Source of the DNA: Draconibacterium sp.
GTDB taxonomy: Bacteria; Bacteroidota; Bacteroidia; Bacteroidales; Prolixibacteraceae
Length of the DNA stretch: 64,000 bases
NCBI GenBank assembly: GCA_041596165.1
Contig: JBFHJA010000001.1
Coordinates: forward strand, 18,956 to 82,955
Direction: 5' to 3'
Position numbers and translations under genes: made by a program. Under the pieces are notes generated by a model, which saw only the letters and a list, made by a program, of their open reading frames with translations, was not told where the DNA came from and did no database searches. This document shows, one piece after another, positions 9,451 through 17,919 of the stretch (positions are counted from its first letter, which is position 1; each line of letters begins with the position of its first letter).

Positions 9451-10782
9451 ATGCACTCTATACAGTTTCTTTCGGCAATTCTCAAAGGCAATTGGCTTAT
9501 TGAGCCCAACTTCGCTTTCGCCCAAGGTTCCTTAATTGCGTCTTTTATCAACCGTCAAACAGAATTTACACCGGAAATATTAAACCCGTTAACAGCTTTT
9601 GCAGTGGACGCAAAAGATATTAACGGAGCAAAATACAGCAATAATGAAGGATTTAAAGGCGCTCCTCAAAATTCAGTGGCAGTAATCTCTGTAAAAGGAG
9701 TTTTGATGAAAGAAGATATGGTATGCGGACCTGCCGGTACCGCAACACTCGGAAGGATTATTCAGCAAGCTGACAATAATCCGAATATTTCATCAATAGT
9801 TCTTCACATCGATTCCCCTGGAGGAACCGTTGACGGAACAGAAGCCCTGGCCAACATCATCAGAAATACAAACAAACCCGTGGTCGCTTTTGTAGATGGA
9901 CTGATGGCCAGCGCTGCCCTTTGGATTGGTTCTGCTGCCAATGAAATCATTGCCAGCACCGACACCGACGAAATCGGCAGCGTTGGCGTTATCATGCGTT
10001 TTGCCGACTGGCAGCCTCATTGGGAGAAAAAAGGAGTAAAATTCCATACGGTAGCCGCAAGCACCAGCCCCGAAAAAAATAAAGCTTTTGATGAACTGCG
10101 TGAAGGCAACTACGATGCTTATATCAAAGAAGTGCTCGACCCGATTGATAAAAAGTTCATGGATACCATAAAAGAAAGGTTCCCTAACTGCGAGGACAAA
10201 CACCTTACAGGCAAGGTATTTTTCGCAAGGGATGTCATGGAAGTTTTTGTCAATTCCATTGGCACCCTTGGCGATGCTGTTAAGCGGGCACATCAACTCT
10301 CCAATACCGAAGAAGAAAATTCAAATCACAATTTAAAAAATAGAAGTTCAATGAAACAATTCGCAAAATTAAATGCTGTTCTCGGGCTCGACGCCCTCGA
10401 ATCAGTGGATGAAGCGGTCAGTATGAATGAAGAACAGCTTGAGCTTGTCGAAAGCGCTTTACTTCAGAATGACCAGGCGGTTGCAAATGCAAGGACTGAG
10501 GCAGAAACCCAGAGGGATGCTGCCAATACTTCGCTTGTCACCGCTAACACCACACTTTCAAATGCAGTAGCTGCATTTGATGCAATCGATCCAACCATAG
10601 CAGCGGCAGAAAGCCCCGAAGCAAAAGCCGAAGCTGTTCGTACCCTGCTGGCAGCAAAACCGGGAATAAAAACCGAAGGAATCCTTGATACCACAGACCC
10701 GGCAGCTAAAAAAGGCACCGAAACAGATTGGGAGGCTATCAATAACCTTCCGCACAACAAAGAAGTTGACGAAAACTCTTAA
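9451..10782 (+). CDS. S49 family prohead protease with C-terminal scaffold domain
   Basis: IDSPGGTVDG, MASAALWIGS, IGSVGV motifs; Ala-rich coiled-coil C-terminus; directly upstream of the putative capsid gene. Confidence 0.88.
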   Translation: MHSIQFLSAILKGNWLIEPNFAFAQGSLIASFINRQTEFTPEILNPLTAFAVDAKDINGAKYSNNEGFKGAPQNSVAVISVKGVLMKEDMVCGPAGTATLGRIIQQADNNPNISSIVLHIDSPGGTVDGTEALANIIRNTNKPVVAFVDGLMASAALWIGSAANEIIASTDTDEIGSVGVIMRFADWQPHWEKKGVKFHTVAASTSPEKNKAFDELREGNYDAYIKEVLDPIDKKFMDTIKERFPNCEDKHLTGKVFFARDVMEVFVNSIGTLGDAVKRAHQLSNTEEENSNHNLKNRSSMKQFAKLNAVLGLDALESVDEAVSMNEEQLELVESALLQNDQAVANARTEAETQRDAANTSLVTANTTLSNAVAAFDAIDPTIAAAESPEAKAEAVRTLLAAKPGIKTEGILDTTDPAAKKGTETDWEAINNLPHNKEVDENS

Positions 10783-10796
10783 AAATAATATCAATC

Positions 10797-11759
10797 ATGG
10801 CAATTACTACTTCTGCAATCGTACAGGAATACGGTGCTTATTACATTGACGCAGGTCAGAATAAAAAAAGGATTCTGAACATGCTCTCCCAGGGAAGCGA
10901 AATTGTAAAATACGCTACCCCGATAAAAACGGATGATACCATCTTCCGTCTGGCCAACGCCACCTTCCATTCACTGGTGCAACCGTTCCAGAAAACATTC
11001 ACCCAAAAAGGCGGGGTGGATATCGTACCCAACGAAATCCGCCAGTACAGGTTTAAACTTGACGATGAATTCATGCCCGACGAATTTTATGCCACCTGGC
11101 TGGGGTTCCTCACCGCTCAACAAGTTGACCGCAAGGAATGGCCCTTTGTAAAATGGCTCATCGAAGTGTATTACAAAAATCAGATTGACCAGGATATGGA
11201 ACTGAACGAGTATTACAAAGGAGTTTATGCCACCCCTCTGGCCGGTGTTGCCGGAGCAGACGGAACAGGGATGAACGGCGTGCAACACCTGCTGAGAGCA
11301 GGAGTTGAACAGGGAACCATCAACTCAATAGACATTGGAACCCTGAATGCATCGAACATCTTCGACCAAATCGAAGCTTTCACAGATGAAATCAGCGAAG
11401 TTTACCAGGGTGTAAAAATGAACGTGTTCATGAGCCGGCACTGGCTTAAAAAATACCTGCAGGATAAACGTGTACAGGGCTTTTATCAGAAATTCTCTGA
11501 AAAAGACATAGACTCTGGAATTGACTTCACCCCGCTTAGCGTAATCGGTCTGGCATCGATGGTTGGGACAGATGATATTTTCTGCACACCAGCGCAAAAT
11601 TTCCTTCATGTAGCACCGGCCACCATCACCAAAAACAGCTTCAAGTTTGAAGAGGCAAAACGTGCCGTTGCAGTAATGGCTGACTGGGCAGAGGGATTAG
11701 GTTTCGGTATCAACCAGGCTGTGTGGACCAATATCCGGAAAGCCGGTTCGGGTTCTTAA
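10797..11759 (+). CDS. Putative major capsid protein
   Basis: 320 aa, directly after the protease/scaffold; size and position fit an HK97-type capsid protein. Confidence 0.7.
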   Translation: MAITTSAIVQEYGAYYIDAGQNKKRILNMLSQGSEIVKYATPIKTDDTIFRLANATFHSLVQPFQKTFTQKGGVDIVPNEIRQYRFKLDDEFMPDEFYATWLGFLTAQQVDRKEWPFVKWLIEVYYKNQIDQDMELNEYYKGVYATPLAGVAGADGTGMNGVQHLLRAGVEQGTINSIDIGTLNASNIFDQIEAFTDEISEVYQGVKMNVFMSRHWLKKYLQDKRVQGFYQKFSEKDIDSGIDFTPLSVIGLASMVGTDDIFCTPAQNFLHVAPATITKNSFKFEEAKRAVAVMADWAEGLGFGINQAVWTNIRKAGSGS

Positions 11760-11823
11760 TAAAATCAATGCCAGGCTGCCACGGAAGTCTCGCAGTTTTA
11801 ACTCTCTTTAAAAAGTAAAAACG

Positions 11824-12372
11824 ATGGAATTTACAAATATTGACAAGAACCTGCCGAATGGTGAAAACATGGGTGGAATCGTTCAGAAAATCTATTTTGG
11901 ATTCTGGGCCGATGTGGAAACCTTCCCTGCAAAACCGGTTACCCCGGCAACGCTGGAAGAAAATGCTTCCCTTACGGGAAACATCGTGATGAAAGCAGGC
12001 AAACGGATGTTCGAAATTTACATAACCGATGATACTGGCGAATTCAATGTGGAACCGGTTGGTGAAGTTGATGGAAAATCCTTTGTTCTTCACCTGAATT
12101 TCTTTCATCCCGGAATGCAAAAGAAAATCCTTGGCTTTATCAATGCCGCTAAAAATGACAACCTCGTTTTTGTGGTTACTGATGCAGAAGGCCAACAATA
12201 CCTGATGGGCGATGCCATGAGACCAGCTGTTTACCAGGGCGCACCAAATGGGAGCGGAACAGGAAAAGAAACGGCAGCCCGCAAGGGAATGAGTTGTGAA
12301 TTTACTTACAAAACAGGAAACGTTCATGTTTACACCGGAACGGTACCACTTACGGAGGCAACAAGTATTTAG
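11824..12372 (+). CDS. Putative major tail tube protein
   Basis: 182-aa, beta-strand-like, Gly/Thr-rich protein after the capsid gene. Confidence 0.55.
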   Translation: MEFTNIDKNLPNGENMGGIVQKIYFGFWADVETFPAKPVTPATLEENASLTGNIVMKAGKRMFEIYITDDTGEFNVEPVGEVDGKSFVLHLNFFHPGMQKKILGFINAAKNDNLVFVVTDAEGQQYLMGDAMRPAVYQGAPNGSGTGKETAARKGMSCEFTYKTGNVHVYTGTVPLTEATSI

Positions 12373-12383
12373 TGTAAACTGGA

Positions 12384-12620
12384 ATGTGGAAAAAATACTT
12401 CAAAGTCATTAAGATTGTTCCGGGCGAAGTTGTGGTTCCGGGATATGGTAAATTGGATTTCAGCAAAGACAACATTTCGGTGGAAGTGTGCCAGAAATTG
12501 ATTGAATCTGATTTTCCTTATCTCGCTATTACAGCAGAAGGCAGGGATTTTCTTTATGGCATGACTGCCATAAACAAACCTCTGATTAAAACGAAGACGG
12601 TCAGATCCCGAAAAGGATAA
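12384..12620 (+). CDS. Small prophage protein
   Basis: 78-aa ORF closing the structural operon before a terminator. Confidence 0.6.
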   Translation: MWKKYFKVIKIVPGEVVVPGYGKLDFSKDNISVEVCQKLIESDFPYLAITAEGRDFLYGMTAINKPLIKTKTVRSRKG

Positions 12621-12641
12621 CCGCATAAATACAGAAAGTTG

Positions 12642-12668
12642 AAAAGCCTGCGCGAGCAGGCTTTTTTT
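12642..12668 (+). terminator. Intrinsic terminator
   Basis: aaaagcctgc-gcga-gcaggctttt plus T run. Confidence 0.85.
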
Positions 12669-13649
12669 ATGTCCGGAAATTTCTAAAACGAACACCATAA
12701 ACAGCCCTTCGGGATAATTTGGGATGGCGGCGTTGCCTGCCCTTTTATCAAAAAGAAGTGATAAAAGCCCAACCACGCCGGGCACGCCGCCATCAACAGC
12801 CCAATGTACCAGGACTATTTGTTTATTGCAGTTTCGCCCACTCAACTGTCAACGTTCCGGACTGAATCAATCATTCAATCATTCAATCATTCAATCAATC
12901 AGCAGCCAGTCACACGCATACAAAAAAGGCATCAGCCAAATGAGCATCGACAAGTCGAGGCATTAGGTCAACTTTTATTCATTTGAACAAGCGCTGTATA
13001 ATCAGCTAAACACAAACAAGTTTGTATAACAGCGAACAGCCCTATGTAACATCGACAAGTCAAAGCAATAGCTAACAGCCACATTGTATATGGTCTGGTT
13101 TGCAGCTTTGCTGCAACTACTAATAACAAAGAGCGCCAACGCTTCTTTGTGATAAGGACTGCAATGCCAGGGGCGTTTGGCATTGCAGGGTTAGGACTGC
13201 TTTGCTGAGGTGCTGCATGGTGCATGGTGTTGGTGCGCTGTGGTGGCTGTCATGTTTGGGATGAATGGTGTGCGCTGTGGTGGCTGTGGTATGTCCCGAT
13301 AGCTATCGGGATCGCTCTGTGGTGTGCTGTGGTGGCTGTCATATTTCAACTGTTTTTTTCGGGATCGTGGTGCTGCTTTGGTGGGGCGGGTCGGGATGTT
13401 ATCACATTTTACGGCTTCGCCGGCACAATTCACACAGTTAAAATGCTGTGCGAATGTGATTTGCGCAAAAATACGCCGGAATCGTATTTTTGCTGAAAAC
13501 CGCTTTTTTTTTGTAAAAAAAAAGTGCACCAAAAAAAACTCCGACGCCATCGGTTCTGGAATCGCTCCTGACCTGTAAAACTGCCTGGCTTTCAATTGTC
13601 CTTTGGTGTAAATCGTGGTGCAACTATTTTGCACCAATAAACTGTTTTT

Positions 13650-14204
13650 ATGATCTACTATTTTACACCGTATTCGTTTAAGAAAAAACTTTTCGACGCC
13701 TGGGATGATTATATGGATTTGGTCAGAAATCCTGATGACTGGGTTTGTATGATGGATGGTGATACCCTTTTCCTGCTTTCTGATTTCGGGCACCAGATGC
13801 AGGATTATATCGATAAATACCCGGATACCGGATTGTTTACCTGCTATGCCAGCAGAACAAGCCGCCCTGAACTGAAATGGCCAGGGGCCGACATGACCAA
13901 CCCTTCACTGATTTATCACCGAACCAAAGCAGAATTGATTTATCTGGCCCATCATGGAAAAGTGGTTGACCTGCTCGATCTCAATGCACTGGGTTATCTC
14001 ATGCTCCTGAAAAAATCAACATGGCTGCTTGTTCGCGAACAGGTCAGGGAATGGACCGCCGATAAAAATATCCTTGGTGTTGACACACGAATCAGTAAAG
14101 CTATCCGGAAAGCCGGAATGAAAACCTACCTGATGAAAGGAATGTACCTGCTGCATTACTACAGGATGAAAAACGGCGAAAAAGACAAATCAATTTTAAT
14201 GTAA
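13650..14204 (+). CDS. GT-A-fold glycosyltransferase-like protein
   Basis: WVCMMDGDTLFL (DxD motif), GYLMLLKK, LGVD, YLLHYYR. Confidence 0.65.
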   Translation: MIYYFTPYSFKKKLFDAWDDYMDLVRNPDDWVCMMDGDTLFLLSDFGHQMQDYIDKYPDTGLFTCYASRTSRPELKWPGADMTNPSLIYHRTKAELIYLAHHGKVVDLLDLNALGYLMLLKKSTWLLVREQVREWTADKNILGVDTRISKAIRKAGMKTYLMKGMYLLHYYRMKNGEKDKSILM

Positions 14205-14209
14205 ATATC

Positions 14210-14728
14210 ATGCACAAAGAAGTAAAACGTTTCTGCCTTTCTGTAAAATATGAACACCCAGGTTTTTTTAAAAATACCTCTGTTCTGGATTGTGGCTCTC
14301 TCGATATCAACGGCAACAACCGTTACCTTTTCGATAACTGCAATTATATAGGCATCGATATCGTCAAGGGTAAAAATGTGGATATCGTTACCCGGGTTCA
14401 CGAATTTAAAACTGATTTTCAATTCGATTGTGTAATAAGCACTGAAATGCTGGAGCATGACGAATTCTTTGCCGACAGCCTGAATATCATGTTTAATCTT
14501 ATAAGTCCGGGTGGGCTTCTGCTGATTACTGCAGCAGGTTATGGCAGGGAAGAACATGGAACTCACAAAATAAAACCGGAAGATAGCCCGCTTACACGGG
14601 ATTACTATAAAAACGTCGATGTTCCAATGTTACTCCAGAGGCTTGATTTGACAAAGTTCAACTGGTACACCATTTCGTATTTTAAAACTGATATCCGATT
14701 TGCAGGAATCAAAATAAAGGAACAATGA
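14210..14728 (+). CDS. Class I SAM-dependent methyltransferase
   Basis: VLDCGS, YIGIDI, FDCVISTEMLEHD, ISPGGLLLIT. Confidence 0.85.
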   Translation: MHKEVKRFCLSVKYEHPGFFKNTSVLDCGSLDINGNNRYLFDNCNYIGIDIVKGKNVDIVTRVHEFKTDFQFDCVISTEMLEHDEFFADSLNIMFNLISPGGLLLITAAGYGREEHGTHKIKPEDSPLTRDYYKNVDVPMLLQRLDLTKFNWYTISYFKTDIRFAGIKIKEQ

Positions 14729-15657
14729 AAAAGAACCTCGTTGACATGGTTTATGTAATTGGTACCGGAAGCAGATGGAACAATAACGAACTCCGTTTCA
14801 GCCTCAGAAGCTTAAGCAAAAACCTTAAAAACGTGGGCAATATTTTTATCGTTGGCGATATCCCGGATTTCATAAAAAATTGCATCCATGTTCCCTGCAC
14901 AGATATTTTTGACCCGGCCATCAACGCCGATGGAAACATGACCCACAAATTGCTGACCGTTTGCAAACGCGCTGATTTATCAGAAAACTTTCTTTTTATG
15001 AATGATGATTTTATCATCAACAGCCCCATTGCTGCAAACAAAATCCCATGGTTGCACAAAGGAGATATGGCAGCCCAGCCACCTTCTTACTGGGTAACGC
15101 AATTTTACCGGCACCGGCTAAAAAGAACTTTCGATGAACTGAAAGCTCGGGGAATGAAAACCATGCAGTATGATTATCACGCCCCAATGCTGATGAATAA
15201 ACACAGCTTTATTTCTGTGATGGAAAAATTTGATTATGCCAGTGGTATTGGCTACACTTTCCGCAGCATATATGGTAATAGCCTTGAACTTCATGCCATG
15301 CCAATTCTGCATCAAAAAACAGTGATTTTTAAATATTATACCCTTGCTGAAATAAAAACCAAATCATCCAATATTAACTTTGTTGGTTATAACGATTCAG
15401 GATTGAATGATTCGTTCAAGTGGTGGCTCATCGACAACTTCCCCAACAAATGCAAATACGAAGTCGTTCATCCGCAAGACAGGATTTTTGATATTTATTT
15501 CTGGATTAAAAAAGGCAAACCTTACACTGAAGGTACCGCCATTTTTAGAAAATATTTCAAACATAAACACCTGGCTGAAATGTTCGGGGATCGCGAAACC
15601 GAAAATCTCAAATCAAAACTCAACTACAAATTAATGCAATCAATCAAGGATTTATGA
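14725..15657 (+). CDS. Stealth-family hexose-1-phosphate transferase-like protein
   Basis: VDMVY (CR1-like), ELRFSLRS and LSENFLFMNDDF (CR2-like). Confidence 0.7.
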   Translation: MKKNLVDMVYVIGTGSRWNNNELRFSLRSLSKNLKNVGNIFIVGDIPDFIKNCIHVPCTDIFDPAINADGNMTHKLLTVCKRADLSENFLFMNDDFIINSPIAANKIPWLHKGDMAAQPPSYWVTQFYRHRLKRTFDELKARGMKTMQYDYHAPMLMNKHSFISVMEKFDYASGIGYTFRSIYGNSLELHAMPILHQKTVIFKYYTLAEIKTKSSNINFVGYNDSGLNDSFKWWLIDNFPNKCKYEVVHPQDRIFDIYFWIKKGKPYTEGTAIFRKYFKHKHLAEMFGDRETENLKSKLNYKLMQSIKDL

Positions 15658-16487
15658 ATAACGCACAAAATGAAGTGATTGCCTGGTGGTATGGCCGCAG
15701 GGATTACCGTACCGGAATTGAATTGCTTTCCCGTTATGGCAAAAACAAAACCATCATTCTCACCCTGGCAAAACAGGGCAAGGAAAACTTCCCGGCTTCA
15801 GTCAAAAAACTAAACTACGAAGTTACAAAAGCCGTTCAGCTCGACTGGCTGCACATGCCTGATGATATCCAACCTGAGCAAACTGGTGAGAAAAGTCTTG
15901 CAGACATTCCTCCCCGTGAAAACCAGGAAGAAGAAAAGAACAATCCTCCGGATACTTTTTTTCCTTCTGAAAAGGATAAAAAGAATGATGATACAAACCA
16001 GTACCCCAGAGTTATACGTCGATTGAAATACGAGTATTCAGAACTTTACAATAAAAAAAGTGCACTCCACACCGAAATGCGCAATGTAGAACAAGCCAAT
16101 ACAGAGAAAAACAATGAATTGCGCTCAGACCTACTCTCTGAAATCAAATCAATTTCAAAACAACTCGCTTTCTATTATGGCTTTATTGAAAAATATGAAG
16201 TTACCGGAATTACTCCCGACGAAGCAGAAATCTGGCCGCCAGCAAAGGAGCAGGCATCGGAAGAACCCAAAACACTTCCGGAACTCAAAAAACTCATGTG
16301 GTCACTCCGAAGGGAGAATTCAAAAGATGGATTCCGACTGATTTATCAGCAGCGCACCAAAGCCGAAAAGGAAAACCCGATGCCCAAAGGTTCAAAAAGG
16401 GATGCCATCGAGCTGAGGATGAAACTTCGGGAAATCAAACTTGCTGAAACAATGACATTAATAACTCTTTTGGAAAATGCTGATTAA
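15654..16487 (+). CDS. Prophage hypothetical coiled-coil protein
   Basis: 277 aa; ATGA overlap with the upstream gene. Confidence 0.7.
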   Translation: MNNAQNEVIAWWYGRRDYRTGIELLSRYGKNKTIILTLAKQGKENFPASVKKLNYEVTKAVQLDWLHMPDDIQPEQTGEKSLADIPPRENQEEEKNNPPDTFFPSEKDKKNDDTNQYPRVIRRLKYEYSELYNKKSALHTEMRNVEQANTEKNNELRSDLLSEIKSISKQLAFYYGFIEKYEVTGITPDEAEIWPPAKEQASEEPKTLPELKKLMWSLRRENSKDGFRLIYQQRTKAEKENPMPKGSKRDAIELRMKLREIKLAETMTLITLLENAD

Positions 16488-17073
16488 CTCTAAAAAAATC
16501 ATCGCAAAGGTTGCCGCTGCCGCTGAAGTCAGCACCGACAATAAACCGCAACCCGAAGTCAATGTTTCCGCACAGGTCCTGGGAGAATTTGCCGACGATA
16601 AAACCAAAACACTGATTAAATCAATCGGCCAGCTTCAAAATGGTAAAACCACCCACTATTACAGCTACGGAAATTTTAACCTTGTGCGCCTCATTGCCCA
16701 TCTGCTTAAACAAACCGGCCCGGCCAATATCTTTATGACATCTTACTCGTTTTCACAGGCAAGTATCGAACAGCTTCTGAATTACCGACAAAAAGGATTA
16801 ATCACCTCTTTCCGGGTTATCGTCGATAACCGCGTCAAAACAATGAGTCCGATACCGTTTCAGATGCTTTCAACAGCCTTTGATTACAGGTGCACTTCCA
16901 TTCATGCCAAAGTCGCATTAATTTGGAATGACACATGGAATATCACCATCGCTACAAGCCAAAACGCTACCGACAACCCAAAAATGGAACGCGGTACCAT
17001 TTTTACCGATATTGAAACTTTTAACTTCGATAAAAACGCACTCGAAAATGAATTTCTCAGAGGAACAGCTTGA
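16477..17073 (+). CDS. Phospholipase D-like (single HxK) domain protein
   Basis: MTSYS, IHAKVALI and TSQNAT motifs. Confidence 0.7.
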   Translation: MLINSKKIIAKVAAAAEVSTDNKPQPEVNVSAQVLGEFADDKTKTLIKSIGQLQNGKTTHYYSYGNFNLVRLIAHLLKQTGPANIFMTSYSFSQASIEQLLNYRQKGLITSFRVIVDNRVKTMSPIPFQMLSTAFDYRCTSIHAKVALIWNDTWNITIATSQNATDNPKMERGTIFTDIETFNFDKNALENEFLRGTA

Positions 17074-17329
17074 AGAAGCTGAATCAATGGCTTCGCTATT
17101 TTATTCGGTGGAGGATATTATGATCGCCCTCGAAATTGAAAATATTAAACAGGAAGATTTCCGGGATATCCTTCAGTTTAATAATTCCCATCCCATGTTT
17201 AAAGCTTACCACCGTGGCAGGTTAACATCTGATATCGAACTGCGAACTTCAATCAAAATGGCTGCTCTCAATGGAAGCAACCCCGCACAAACCGCAATGA
17301 AAGACTATTTTAATCAGTCTAAATTATGA
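17048..17329 (+). CDS. Small HTH-like packaging-region protein (terminase small subunit candidate)
   Basis: 93 aa, helical, ..AYHRGR..AALNGSNPAQ..; two genes upstream of the terminase large subunit. Confidence 0.55.
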   Translation: MNFSEEQLEEAESMASLFYSVEDIMIALEIENIKQEDFRDILQFNNSHPMFKAYHRGRLTSDIELRTSIKMAALNGSNPAQTAMKDYFNQSKL

Positions 17330-17919
17330 GCAAAACTGCATTGGAAAACCTGCCTTCCGAAATTATTAAAGCACATATCCTCGACCCCGAAAATTCTCCG
17401 CTTACTCCGGAATATCAGGATATGCTCAACCGTGCTATTTCTCTTACCAAATTACTTGATAAACACCCGATTGCAAAAAACGCAATCAAATATCATCGTG
17501 TTTTATATCCCAATATCTCACAAAGTACAGCATACACAGATTTATCCCTTGCACGAAAGCTTTTTAATAATTATCAGGATTTTGATTATGATTTCTGGCT
17601 TTCCTGGTCATTAGGCGATATCACTACAAACATCGAAAAATGCAGAAGCACAAACCTTTCTTCCGACCGTAAGATAATTGCCATGGAACATGCCAACCTA
17701 GCACGCATCCTTGGTAAGCGCCCGGAAGAACCGATTGACCCGCTCAGAAACGAAAAACATAGTTTTTACATCATGGTTAATGTGGGAAACACAAATGTTA
17801 AACTCGATTTAAATACACTCCACAAACTGCCAATAAATACAGTACAGGAATTGACAAGAGCATTGCTCGCTGAAAATGAAATCGACGACCAGGGCGCTGC
17901 CGAAATTATGAATTCATGA
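17326..17919 (+). CDS. Putative terminase small subunit / packaging protein
   Basis: Helical 197-aa ORF coupled by ATGA overlap to the terminase large subunit. Confidence 0.5.
   Translation: MSKTALENLPSEIIKAHILDPENSPLTPEYQDMLNRAISLTKLLDKHPIAKNAIKYHRVLYPNISQSTAYTDLSLARKLFNNYQDFDYDFWLSWSLGDITTNIEKCRSTNLSSDRKIIAMEHANLARILGKRPEEPIDPLRNEKHSFYIMVNVGNTNVKLDLNTLHKLPINTVQELTRALLAENEIDDQGAAEIMNS

Noticed and set aside
11760-11800. Possible seventh leader motif between the capsid and tube genes
   Set aside because: Has TGCCAG and a CTGC/GCAG stem but lacks stem 1 and the GGCA loop
13237-13339. GCTGTGGTGGCTGT repeats as a CRISPR array or Chi sites
   Set aside because: Only three 14-bp units with unequal spacing and no cas genes; not the E. 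coli Chi octamer
12724-13793. Several overlapping 60-200 aa ORFs in the spacer
   Set aside because: Low-complexity W/C- or Q/H/P-rich translations of DNA repeats on both strands; no credible start context
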